64,000 bases of DNA from Bacteroidales bacterium. GTDB taxonomy: Bacteria; Bacteroidota; Bacteroidia; Bacteroidales; UBA1715. A program made the translations under genes and the position numbers. Where the stretch lies: positions 15,428-79,427 of the forward strand of contig JAGCOW010000096.1 of assembly GCA_017642535.1 (NCBI GenBank), read 5' to 3'. This document shows positions 48,000 through 57,284 of this stretch, piece after piece (positions within the stretch are counted from its first letter, which is position 1; each line of letters opens with the position of its first letter). The notes beneath the pieces are model-generated. The model was not told the origin of the DNA. It was given only the letters and a program-made list of their open reading frames with translations, and did no database searches.

Positions 48000-48797
48000 T
48001 TAAATATGCACCTCCGTCTGTACTATAAACCTCTTAGGATCAAGCAAGAGACCATACTGAAACGGCATACAGCATTTTGAAAAAAGCACATACATCAAAT
48101 AACAGATGCGGTGGTCGTTGAACGAAGGCTGACAAAGTTCGTCAATGTTCCAACTCCATTCGTTCAAAGGGTCTTTGTCCATGTCGGGACGTGTGTTCCA
48201 AGCTGTTTTGAGTTTTTCATAGGCAAAATCAACGAGTTCATTTCCCAATGTGTTTTCTTCATCAACATAGAAATCATAGTAGATATACGTTTCAATGTCA
48301 GAGTTTATATAGTTCGTCTTACCGCTTGCACACAGGAATTTTATATCACGCTCTACTTCATCATGTTTCTTTCGTGCTTCATCCATCAGTTTTGCAAGTG
48401 TATCGTTAAGTACCAACAACTTACGCACGTTTTCCTCTGTCCAGACAAAGGTTTCGTTCATTTTGGTCTGGCGAAGCTGTAATTTTTCCCGTATTGTTTT
48501 AAGATTTTTTGCTCTGCTTTTGGCATTGCTACTTGATCTACGCGGCCAACCCGTAGTGGAATGACTTTCTTCCCTATCGATGTAATATTCGTTGTAATTA
48601 TTGCACTTAATACTGATGCCGAACGAATCGTAAATATCCTTAAGATGGTCACGGAATGTTCGTTCCGCATACGGTTTGCAGTCGCAATTGAGCGAACATT
48701 TATCCCATTTACCCTGAATTTCCTTAAACGTAATTGGTTCATAATCAGAGATTACCTCCATGAGCCACTGCAATCGTTGAATTTGAACTGATGACAT
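48000..48797 (-). CDS. Putative winged-HTH (HTH_11/YafY-like N-terminus) regulator
   Basis: 265 aa. The N-terminal pattern is QRLQWLMEVISDYEPITFKEIQ...ERTFRDHLKDIYDSFGISI. The C-terminal region of about 170 aa is unassigned. Confidence 0.4.
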   Translation of the reverse strand: MSSVQIQRLQWLMEVISDYEPITFKEIQGKWDKCSLNCDCKPYAERTFRDHLKDIYDSFGISIKCNNYNEYYIDREESHSTTGWPRRSSSNAKSRAKNLKTIREKLQLRQTKMNETFVWTEENVRKLLVLNDTLAKLMDEARKKHDEVERDIKFLCASGKTNYINSDIETYIYYDFYVDEENTLGNELVDFAYEKLKTAWNTRPDMDKDPLNEWSWNIDELCQPSFNDHRICYLMYVLFSKCCMPFQYGLLLDPKRFIVQTEVHI

Positions 48798-48855
48798 TTT
48801 CTTAGAATTTTAAAGTTTATTTTTCTTATTACAATGCAAATGTATATAATAGATG

Positions 48856-48870
48856 TGCGAAATCTTCGCA
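48856..48870. promoter_or_regulatory. Dyad operator-like site TGCGAAATCTTCGCA (site 2)
   Basis: It lies 59-73 nt upstream of the ATG at 48797. In gene orientation it is followed 15 nt later by TTTGCATTGTAA, where TACATTTG forms a perfect -7 box. Confidence 0.65.
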
Positions 48871-48878
48871 CAGTAAAT

Positions 48879-50435
48879 TTATTTTTTTACTGCATCCTTC
48901 AGTTTTTCCCAAACTTTCACCATTGCCAAGGTATCGAGTTTACAATATTCAAGCAACGCTTTTCGAGTCGCGTCCTGCTCTTCGGGCGGCATATCCTTTA
49001 TTTTCGGGAAAATATTCATCGCGTCGCCACCATTTTGCACCCGTTCGTCCAAATTGTGATAATTCAGACTCGGATCATCTGGGAACAAGGCAGGTAACAC
49101 GCTTTTAATTGAAAATGAACCGCCCATTTCTTTTACATAATAATTGCCTTTCTGAAACGGTATCAACAAATCAACAATATGCTCTTTTATGTTTAACAAA
49201 TGTTCCGACAAATCGGGAAACAACTCGGCCAGTTCCTTAATTCTCGAACATTCAAAAGTTTTATTATATGCAACAGTACAGACATTTTTAGGAATATCCT
49301 GACATAAGCGTTCGGCAATGTCGCGAAGTGGATTTTTACCAGACTCAGCAAGAAAATCCGTGTGTTTCAGTTCTCCGCCTTCGTGTTCAATATAGTACAG
49401 CGAATATTGAAACGGAATTTGCTGATATGGTCTTGTACCCACAATGTCGGGCACCGCCTGTTGCATCGTTTCGAAATCAAGAAAATAAAGCGGATAAGAC
49501 AATGTTTTCAAAAAATCGGAAATTCCGTCTTTATTTATAAAAGTTTTGTCATTCAACGCTCCTTCCATCTGCATAATATGTATCGGATTCTCAATACATT
49601 TTGACTTTTGCAAATCTTCGTACGAAATCAGTCCTTTTCTATAATATGCTATTTTTTTCGAAAAATGCACTCTGTATAAATCAAATACTGACGGATTTGG
49701 CACGTGTTTCGCACAATAGCCCCAAAACTCGCAACCGCAGCAGTTTTCGTCAATATCTTTTACCGGTTCTTCTTCATTTGCAACTATTTTTAATGCAGCA
49801 GGCAAAAGAGTGGGAACTTTTAGATATTCGTTTTCCATTCGTTCCGCAACATCTTCAACAACAAACAATTTGGCAACATCAAGCGTTCCATCAAAGACAT
49901 AAGAATTGTCAATGTGAACGATGTATGTTCCGGTAACCTTCACGCCACATTTTTCGAGAACATATTTTTGATATGCAATGTCCGTCAAATGATAATCTTT
50001 TACTTCAGTGGAACTTTTCACCTCATAAATGGCATATCCGCCTTTTTCTTTTCTAAGAATATCTACGGCACAATAACAGCCGTGGTAACTGAATGACGCC
50101 TCACAGATATTGTCGCAACCTTCATCCAAGCATTTCTGAGTATCCTCGAGCATTTTTTTGAGATTGAGCGAACCGTCATCATTCTTTGCCGTTACCTCTA
50201 CAAAATCGCCAAACAACTGCATGGCTAGGTCACCAACTTCGTTCCCTGTTTCCATCCGTGCCATCGATGCATCATCAACTACGGCAAGTTCCGATTTATA
50301 TACCCGTAACCATAACAATTTTTCGCACGAGCAAAACGCCACGTATTTTGACTTTGATAATCCCTTGTGTGCCATATTTTCCCTCAATTTATAGTTTTCA
50401 AAGATAGAAAAGAATGTTGATTTATCCTTTTGCAT
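48879..50435 (-). CDS. DUF2779 domain protein (RecB/Cas4-like PD-(D/E)XK fold)
   Basis: The N-terminus GLSKSKYVAFCSCEKLLWL is typical of DUF2779. The ATG at 50435 (MQKDKS) or the downstream MAHKG is preferred over the TTG at 50459, which lies inside the shared promoter block. Confidence 0.7.
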   Translation of the reverse strand: MQKDKSTFFSIFENYKLRENMAHKGLSKSKYVAFCSCEKLLWLRVYKSELAVVDDASMARMETGNEVGDLAMQLFGDFVEVTAKNDDGSLNLKKMLEDTQKCLDEGCDNICEASFSYHGCYCAVDILRKEKGGYAIYEVKSSTEVKDYHLTDIAYQKYVLEKCGVKVTGTYIVHIDNSYVFDGTLDVAKLFVVEDVAERMENEYLKVPTLLPAALKIVANEEEPVKDIDENCCGCEFWGYCAKHVPNPSVFDLYRVHFSKKIAYYRKGLISYEDLQKSKCIENPIHIMQMEGALNDKTFINKDGISDFLKTLSYPLYFLDFETMQQAVPDIVGTRPYQQIPFQYSLYYIEHEGGELKHTDFLAESGKNPLRDIAERLCQDIPKNVCTVAYNKTFECSRIKELAELFPDLSEHLLNIKEHIVDLLIPFQKGNYYVKEMGGSFSIKSVLPALFPDDPSLNYHNLDERVQNGGDAMNIFPKIKDMPPEEQDATRKALLEYCKLDTLAMVKVWEKLKDAVKK

Positions 50436-50475
50436 CGTTTTTTTTTGATTACAATGCAAAAAAATAAAATGACTG

Positions 50476-50490
50476 TGCGAAATCTTCGCA
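50476..50490. promoter_or_regulatory. Dyad operator-like site TGCGAAATCTTCGCA (site 3), between divergent genes
   Basis: It shares an identical 17-mer, TGTGCGAAATCTTCGCA, with site 2 and has the same 15-nt spacing to TTTGCATTGTAA on the minus strand. On the plus strand it lies 12 nt upstream of TATTTTTG (50503-50510), which serves the gene at 50549. Confidence 0.65.
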
Positions 50491-50548
50491 TAATAGCCTA
50501 TTATTTTTGTTCCAATTCTAATGATGTTTCACAAAGAAAAATATTCCT

Positions 50549-51889
50549 ATGAGAAAAAACTTTACAATCGATGATTTGCAGTATGAGCAAATAACGGATA
50601 ATACAGTACGAGTAGCATCTTGTAAAAATAAAAACCTTACTTCTATTGCAATCCCTAATCAAATTACCGTAAAAGGATTTTTAGGGTTCAACCCCAAAAC
50701 CTACAAGGTTACAGATATTAGTAGCTCGGCTTTTAAGGATTGTACAATTCTAAAAAAAGTCGTTCTGGCTGAAGGAATAACGGAAATTTCTTACTTTGCA
50801 TTCGAAGGTTGTACTGCATTAACAGAGGTTTCTCTTCCGTCATCGTTGACATATATTAGGGGAAATGCATTCAAAGACTGTAAAAATCTGACAAACATCA
50901 AAATACCCGAAACCACCCGACATATTGGGAAAAATGTCTTTGAGGGTGATGATACACTATTGTATTCCGAGAATAATTTGTTGTTGTACAAAGATGGCTC
51001 AATCTGCTTTGGGCTCGCCGACAAAAAAAATTGTCCTTCGGAGATTGTCATTCCCGATTCTGTAAAAATCATAGCTGCAGAAGCTTTTCTCAACTGCAAT
51101 AAGCTAAAAAAAGTTACGTTTTCAAAAATTCTCACAATAATCGGTGACGAAGCATTCCGCTATTGTGAGAATCTTACCGAACTCATTTGTCCGCCCCAAT
51201 TGGAAGAAATTGGCATGGCTGCATTTGAACAATGTTACGGACTTACAAAGGTTGTTTTTCCAGAAACGCTTATAACAATTGGGGAAGATGCTTTTTTCCG
51301 ATGCCCTAAAATTTCAGGGATACGATTGCCAGATTCTGTCGTTGACATTGGTTATTTTGGCCTTGACGAATGCAGTCCGTATTGTTCTTGGGAAGTACAT
51401 ATCAGCCCCAACCATCCTTTACGCGAGGAATTAGAATATTTGGACGACCGATTGGTTGTTGACGACGAGGAAGACGACTATGACTGGGACGACGAAGGTC
51501 TTGCGAAATTAAAGGCAAAAAGCGAACAAGGCGATGCCAAAGCCCAAGATGAATTAGGTTATTATTATTGGATGGAAGAAGACGATGCGGAACAGGCATT
51601 CTATTGGTACAAAAAAGCTGCCGAGCAAGAATATCCGCCAGCAATGGCCGATTTAGGAAGATGCTATACGGGAGCATACGACGACGCTCAAATTGATTAT
51701 TCCAAAGCCATTCAGCTTTTTACCAAGGCCGCAAATCTCGGTTGCGGCAATGGTTACTATGGCTTAAGCGAATGCTACGCAAACGGTTGGGGCGTTGAGA
51801 AAAATTTGGAAAAAGCAAAAGAATACTTCGCAAAAGCTATGGAGTTAGGTTGCGAAAGCGATGAACCACCATATGAGGAAGAAGATTAA
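50549..51889 (+). CDS. BspA-type LRR protein with C-terminal Sel1-like repeats and no signal peptide
   Basis: 446 aa. LRR_5 repeats are followed by an acidic linker and Sel1/SLR repeats (AEQGDAKAQDELGYYY, AAEQEYPPAMADLGRCY, GWGVEKNLEKAKEYFAKA). Confidence 0.8.
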   Translation: MRKNFTIDDLQYEQITDNTVRVASCKNKNLTSIAIPNQITVKGFLGFNPKTYKVTDISSSAFKDCTILKKVVLAEGITEISYFAFEGCTALTEVSLPSSLTYIRGNAFKDCKNLTNIKIPETTRHIGKNVFEGDDTLLYSENNLLLYKDGSICFGLADKKNCPSEIVIPDSVKIIAAEAFLNCNKLKKVTFSKILTIIGDEAFRYCENLTELICPPQLEEIGMAAFEQCYGLTKVVFPETLITIGEDAFFRCPKISGIRLPDSVVDIGYFGLDECSPYCSWEVHISPNHPLREELEYLDDRLVVDDEEDDYDWDDEGLAKLKAKSEQGDAKAQDELGYYYWMEEDDAEQAFYWYKKAAEQEYPPAMADLGRCYTGAYDDAQIDYSKAIQLFTKAANLGCGNGYYGLSECYANGWGVEKNLEKAKEYFAKAMELGCESDEPPYEEED

Positions 51890-51904
51890 ATTTGAGGCAG
51901 AGTT

Positions 51905-52951
51905 TCACTTCACCACAATCTCTCCCCCATTAGGCATTGCGCGGAACTGAATGTATGTGTCGGTTTGTTTGTCTATGGGAATTGCCGTACCGTTTTGCAC
52001 AACCGTCGTCCATTTTTTGTCGGTGTAAATTTTTATCGTCAACGGAACCATTAAACTTTGGGGAATCAAATCTCGAAATTCCAAATTTGTGATGGTGAGT
52101 TTTGCTTCTATAGAATCGTCTCGTTCTTGTACTCGAAGTTTTGCGCATCGTGCCTCGCGATGATACAGAAGCGCATTGCCAAACGTGGTAATCCATAGTT
52201 CGTTTTGATGTTTTTTAAGAAAGCGTAATTGTTCCTTCAACGAGTCAAGTTTTACTTGAGCATACCAAGTATCATGATAAGAATTCAGGTCATCATCGAC
52301 ACTATGATACAAAAACGTGAGCAAGCCGCCTCCTGCTATAACTGCCTCAACCTCAGCATTAAACTGCGAATTTTTCGTCCGTTCGTTCATACCATAACAA
52401 TGAATTCGGTAGTAATCATCATCTTCTTTTATAAAATTATAGGAATAATCCGACATTCCCCACACGCTCCGGGCGCCAACAAATCCTTTGGAACGAAGAA
52501 AATCAATGGAACGTTGGTCGTTTGCCCCCGCCCCGTATGGATATGCAAAGGAAATGACGGCATTGTTCGGAACATTTTTTTCTATCTGCGAAACGGGCTC
52601 CATCACCTCGTTTTGCAATTTCTCATCAGTCAATTTTGTGATATCGGGATGCGTAAGCGTATGATTTCCAAGTTCATTGCCATGTTTTGCCGTCGTCTGG
52701 GCAGCTTTCCAGCCAATGTCAGTTTTTTCAATATTACTCGTCAACGGGAAAAAAGTCGCCACCATCTTGAATTGCTTCAACGTTGGCACCACAAGCGGAT
52801 ACTGTCCTGGCGTCCAGTCGTCGAACGTAAGCACCACAGCAGCTTTTTTGTCATAATCCCAATGACAGATTTCGCCCGATGTTTTTTGACCAAATGCAAC
52901 ACCAATACTCATAATTCCAGACAGAAAAAGGATTCCATATTTTTTAATCAT
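51905..52951 (-). CDS. Polysaccharide deacetylase (NodB/CE4) family protein, secreted
   Basis: The motifs are LTFDDW and GNHTLTHP. The start at 52951 (MIKKYGILFLSGIMSIGVAFG, a signal peptide) is preferred, giving an ATGATTAA overlap with the upstream stop codon. Confidence 0.8.
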   Translation of the reverse strand: MIKKYGILFLSGIMSIGVAFGQKTSGEICHWDYDKKAAVVLTFDDWTPGQYPLVVPTLKQFKMVATFFPLTSNIEKTDIGWKAAQTTAKHGNELGNHTLTHPDITKLTDEKLQNEVMEPVSQIEKNVPNNAVISFAYPYGAGANDQRSIDFLRSKGFVGARSVWGMSDYSYNFIKEDDDYYRIHCYGMNERTKNSQFNAEVEAVIAGGGLLTFLYHSVDDDLNSYHDTWYAQVKLDSLKEQLRFLKKHQNELWITTFGNALLYHREARCAKLRVQERDDSIEAKLTITNLEFRDLIPQSLMVPLTIKIYTDKKWTTVVQNGTAIPIDKQTDTYIQFRAMPNGGEIVVK

Positions 52952-54056
52952 CGTAGTCGTCATAATCGTCATCATCATCGTCGTTGGATTTTGATTTTTT
53001 CGGAGCTTTTTCCTTTTTCGTCTTTTCAGGTTTTGACGATTTTGCCGGCTTTTCCGATTTATCAGCTTTTGACGACTTATCTTTCTTACCCGATTTCTTT
53101 GACTTTACCGAATCTTCGTCGTCTTCATCATCGTCATAACTTTCGTCCTCCTCATCATCGGCATTCTTTGCCTTTTGTTTTGACGAAGAATCATCGTTTG
53201 CCGCAACAGTCTCTGTTTCAGCTTGTTTTGCTGCTTCTTGGGAAACATCCGATTCTTCGTAATCTTCATCCTCGTCTTCCTCATCTTCGCCCTTCGACTT
53301 CTTTTTCTCTTTTTCCTTCGCTGCTGCTGCCGCCGCGGCTGCCGCACGTTCTTCCTCTATATCTTCGGGCCACTTGTCGTAATCGGCATATTTTCCCTCG
53401 GTGTCTTTCAGCAGATAATTGTCTAAATTCAGATACTCCATAGAGTTTTCCTTGTGTGTGGCAGGCGGAACCAAATCCTTATCGTCATCGCCCTTATACG
53501 AACGTTTTCTCACAAGCGTAGAGGGAATCATTCGTTTGGCACGAACTTTCGTCTCGTACACCGACCAGTCTTTCATATCTTTCCACACAGCATTACACCA
53601 TTCCTCCACTTCCATACATTTTCCCGACGGGACTTTCTCGTAAGCCATCAAACGTCCGAACGACATGGTTCCATACTCCGTAAAGCGAGCTTCGTGCGTA
53701 AAACCAGAGAACTTCGTTACAATGATGGAATCCTGAATGCTCACGTCAATGTTGAAAATTACGCTTCCCTTTGTTTTTTCGGCAGCATGCGACGACAAAT
53801 ACACATCGGGGATTTGAACATAATTTGCATACGGGAAATATCCTTTCCCCTTGAATTTCAACTCCTTCCAATTCTTTGCTATCAACTTCTGTCCCTTCTC
53901 TTTTTCAAACCATTTTTCTATGTTTCTATACAAACGAAGCTTGCTCGTCCCATGACGAATCGGGATAGTGTCATACACCACAAATGACTGACATACAGCA
54001 TTATATGCACAACCTAATAATAAAAACAACACTATGTAAAATCCCAATCTTCTCAT
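52944..54056 (-). CDS. DUF4468-like secreted protein with a long Lys/Asp/Glu low-complexity tail
   Basis: 370 aa with a signal peptide. The globular N-terminal half is about 200 aa. The tail contains an A8 run, EDEEDEDEDYEE, many KKxK stretches, and ends DDDDDDYDDYDD. Confidence 0.5.
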   Translation of the reverse strand: MRRLGFYIVLFLLLGCAYNAVCQSFVVYDTIPIRHGTSKLRLYRNIEKWFEKEKGQKLIAKNWKELKFKGKGYFPYANYVQIPDVYLSSHAAEKTKGSVIFNIDVSIQDSIIVTKFSGFTHEARFTEYGTMSFGRLMAYEKVPSGKCMEVEEWCNAVWKDMKDWSVYETKVRAKRMIPSTLVRKRSYKGDDDKDLVPPATHKENSMEYLNLDNYLLKDTEGKYADYDKWPEDIEEERAAAAAAAAAKEKEKKKSKGEDEEDEDEDYEESDVSQEAAKQAETETVAANDDSSSKQKAKNADDEEDESYDDDEDDEDSVKSKKSGKKDKSSKADKSEKPAKSSKPEKTKKEKAPKKSKSNDDDDDDYDDYDD

Positions 54057-54188
54057 ACGAATCAGTAACGTAAAATTCGCTATTTTTATTGAAATACTTT
54101 CTTCCTTCTTGAAAAAATCTTTTCATTTCGAGCGAAATGCCCATTTTTTCATCCATATAACTGTATGATTGCTTACTTTTGCACAGCA

Positions 54189-54250
54189 ATTAAAAATTAA
54201 GAATTAATAGATAAGAATTACGAGTGGCGGAGTTTTTCGAGGCCAATAAT
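54189..54250 (+). repeat. TTAAGAATT-flanked TGGC...GCCA hairpin repeat, copy 2
   Basis: The sequence is TTAAAAATTAAGAATTAATAGATAAGAATTACGAG-TGGCGGAGTTTTTCGAGGCCA-ATAAT. The track's GTG start at 54224 lies inside it. Confidence 0.75.
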
Positions 54251-54265
54251 TTGTTTATAATACAA

Positions 54266-55258
54266 ATGAAAAATATTCTGACATTGTTTCTTTTCCTACT
54301 TTCGTTGGAGGCACTTGCTCAAAACGACACGATTAAGCAGAAATTTCTGTTTAGGGATTCTTCTCGTTTTGATTGGGAAAAAGTTGCCGTTGACTGGGAT
54401 GACATCACGTGGGACGAGACCATCAATCTTTTCTACGACCCGGGATACATCACCATTACACAAGGATTGGGGAATATGGAGCCATTGCTGTTCGAAGCAA
54501 ACATAATCCCCTATTACAGAATCGGCATCAATGCCATTGAAAAATGGGCGTTCATACTCTCGCCTCAAATCATTCTCCGTATGTACAACGAATATTCATA
54601 TCCAGTGAAAACGCCGTCGTACAAGCCCAGAATCACCTTGGTACACCAATCATCGAAACATACGCGGGAATATCACGACTGGTTTCAATATATCTCGCTG
54701 TTTCACCACTCCAACGGACAAGACGGCTATTTCTACACCGATTCCACCAATACGGTCATAAACACTCGCAACGGAAGCTTCTCGACCAACTGGGTCGAAG
54801 CGGGCGTATTTGAATCAAGGGCACATAGCAGCCGCCAATACTACGCAAAACTCTATGCACAGTATTGTTATCAGCAAGACACTATGCTGAACGGCATCTA
54901 TGGTCGATGGAGATTCAATCTCGATGTGAAATTTGAATGGGATATTGCCAAAACGTTGAGCAAATTGAATTTTAAGCATTTCGACAACAAAGAGACCATC
55001 ATAGCAAACACGTTCAAATTCGGCGTCATTTGCGGGAATATGAAACATCGCGACAACATTGACTGGAAACGAGGCATCATTGACTATACAATCTCATTCC
55101 GACCAAGTTTCTTGCAAGATGTGTGCTTATTCGTTCAATATTATTGTGGCGAGGATTACTACAACATATATTTTAACAGGATAATGCAGTGCGTCCGCAT
55201 AGGACTTACCGCCCAGAGTAGGTTCTTCACACGTGAAAGTGTCATAAAAGCTGACTAA
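54266..55258 (+). CDS. Outer-membrane phospholipase A (OMPLA/PldA-like)
   Basis: The ATG at 54266 gives MKNILTLFLFLLSLEALAQ (a signal peptide). The LFHHSNGQDG motif resembles the OMPLA HxSNG catalytic region, and the composition is beta-barrel-like. Confidence 0.6.
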   Translation: MKNILTLFLFLLSLEALAQNDTIKQKFLFRDSSRFDWEKVAVDWDDITWDETINLFYDPGYITITQGLGNMEPLLFEANIIPYYRIGINAIEKWAFILSPQIILRMYNEYSYPVKTPSYKPRITLVHQSSKHTREYHDWFQYISLFHHSNGQDGYFYTDSTNTVINTRNGSFSTNWVEAGVFESRAHSSRQYYAKLYAQYCYQQDTMLNGIYGRWRFNLDVKFEWDIAKTLSKLNFKHFDNKETIIANTFKFGVICGNMKHRDNIDWKRGIIDYTISFRPSFLQDVCLFVQYYCGEDYYNIYFNRIMQCVRIGLTAQSRFFTRESVIKAD

Positions 55259-57162
55259 CTATTCCATTGCAGACGAGCCCCGCTCGCATACACGATTTTT
55301 TCCTTATCCAACAGATATTTTATTACCTCTCGAACCTCACGTTCGCTATGTTGAGGCAGTTTTGCAATAACATCGGAAATACTCATTGGCTCGGTGCGTA
55401 ACATTTTCTTCAAATCATCCACAATGTAGTCAAACGTGAGAGCATTCACATCAATCTCGTTACGCGACAGACACGCGTCACAATTGCCACAACGAGCAAC
55501 AGCCTTTTCACCAAAATATTCCAATAGCAACACACTACGACAATGATTTTTGTTGGTAACATATTTAATCATTGCCTCCAAACGCACTTGTTGTCGAGCT
55601 TTTCGTTCCAAAATCCGTTTCTCATTCAACCTTAACGAATCCTTCTCTTTTCTATCACGTAAAAACACCACTACGGGCGTCTGTTTTGCAGGATGATAAA
55701 GAATCAGATCCATTTTTTGCAAATACGATAAATAGTTGCTAATCACCTCGGGGGCACAATTCGCCTTACGAGCCATTTCAACCTCGTTCACGTAAGTCAA
55801 TTCATTAAACAAGCCCGTATAGTTGCGTAACAAGAATTTTACAAAACTATCTAAATTACTGTTACTCACTTGATAACGATACAATTCCGTACGATTTACC
55901 AATATCTGCACTTTCGACTGTGTTTCTTCAGGATCCGATGTAAGAATGAGCCCTTCCTCCTCCAGAATTTTTATGCTATTCATAGTTTCTAACGGACTCA
56001 ATTTGAACTTCTTACAAAAATCCATCAAATCGTAGTCGGCACTGACACCCTCGCCTTCACCTACGCCAATGGAACAATAATTCGCCAACGAGTCATATAC
56101 CTGACGGATATAGTCAAACGGAGGATATTTTCGTTCAAAATTCAGTTTAATTTTCTGTATATCTTGCTCATTATAAAACAAATACGCCTGTGATTCCTTC
56201 TCATCACGTCCAGCTCTCCCCGCCTCTTGAAAATATGCCTCGAGCGATTCGGGGATATTCAAATGAACGACAAAACGAACGTCAGGTTTGTCAATTCCCA
56301 TTCCAAACGCATTGGTTGACACCATAATCTCGTTCGGCGTGTGCATCCACGTTTCTTGCTTCTTCGTACGTGTTTTCGCATCCAAACCTCCGTGATAGAA
56401 ATCTGCAACAAAGCCATTCTGTTGCAAAGTGTAAGCTACCTCAATCGTTTCCTTCCTTGTCCCCACATACACGATGCCCGTACCTTTGTTCTTACTACAG
56501 ATTTGCAATAAGGCACCTATTTTGTCGTTTTTCTCAAACACATTATACGTGAGATTCTTTCGCTCGAAACTTTTTGAAAAGACGTTCTTTTCCTTGAAAT
56601 TGAGCTTTTCCTGAATGTCGTCAACCACATCGGGCGTTGCCGTCGCCGTAAGAGCCAAAACAGGCACCTTGGGCAACAATTCACGTACATTTGCAATCTC
56701 AAGATACGAAGGTCTGAAATCGTAACCCCACTGCGAAATACAATGCGATTCGTCGATTGCCAACAAGTTGACCTTCATTTTCGTGACAAAGTCAATAAAC
56801 AACTGCGTCTTGAGTCGTTCCGGCGAAATGTATAAAAACTTGTAATCTCCTAATATACAGTTATTAAACGCGAGCTCAATCTCATCTCGCGACATTCCCG
56901 AATAAATGGCAACAGCCCGAATGCCGCGTCGTTTCAAATTATCGACCTGATCTTTCATCAACGCAATCAAAGGCGTTACCACAATACAAATTCCTGGTTT
57001 TGAAAGAGCTGCAACCTGAAACGTGATAGATTTTCCTCCACCAGTAGGCATCAAGCCCAACGTGTCACGCCCTTGGCAGACACTTTCAATAATTTCCTGC
57101 TGTAAAGCACGAAACTTTGGATATCCCCAGTATTGTTGCAATATTTTTTCGTATTCTGTCAC
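55255..57162 (-). CDS. recQ: ATP-dependent DNA helicase RecQ
   Basis: 635 aa. The motifs are MPTGGGKS, DESHCISQWGYDFRPSY, FGMGIDKPDVRFV and QEAGRAGRD, plus a zinc-binding cysteine cluster. Confidence 0.92.
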   Translation of the reverse strand: MTEYEKILQQYWGYPKFRALQQEIIESVCQGRDTLGLMPTGGGKSITFQVAALSKPGICIVVTPLIALMKDQVDNLKRRGIRAVAIYSGMSRDEIELAFNNCILGDYKFLYISPERLKTQLFIDFVTKMKVNLLAIDESHCISQWGYDFRPSYLEIANVRELLPKVPVLALTATATPDVVDDIQEKLNFKEKNVFSKSFERKNLTYNVFEKNDKIGALLQICSKNKGTGIVYVGTRKETIEVAYTLQQNGFVADFYHGGLDAKTRTKKQETWMHTPNEIMVSTNAFGMGIDKPDVRFVVHLNIPESLEAYFQEAGRAGRDEKESQAYLFYNEQDIQKIKLNFERKYPPFDYIRQVYDSLANYCSIGVGEGEGVSADYDLMDFCKKFKLSPLETMNSIKILEEEGLILTSDPEETQSKVQILVNRTELYRYQVSNSNLDSFVKFLLRNYTGLFNELTYVNEVEMARKANCAPEVISNYLSYLQKMDLILYHPAKQTPVVVFLRDRKEKDSLRLNEKRILERKARQQVRLEAMIKYVTNKNHCRSVLLLEYFGEKAVARCGNCDACLSRNEIDVNALTFDYIVDDLKKMLRTEPMSISDVIAKLPQHSEREVREVIKYLLDKEKIVYASGARLQWNS

Positions 57163-57284
57163 GAGCTTCCGTTTTTACAAAAGTAAAAAATAGTGTCAAG
57201 AAAAAAAATAAAGACAAGAAAATGTATTCTTGTCTTTATTCTACATTACAAAATGAATAGGATACCCTATTTATTTCAACAATC

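Noticed and set aside
52229-53443. A 404-aa plus-strand ORF, and other long antisense ORFs: 36919-37866, 26169-26735, 34750-35334, 60079-60711, 5133-5687, 16400-16921 and 18468-18788.
   Set aside because: Each lies antisense to a gene with strong family motifs. They have His/Arg/Leu/Phe-rich, low-complexity or stop-poor mirror composition, with poly-Asp tails read backwards, and none has a recognisable domain. I treat them as shadow ORFs.
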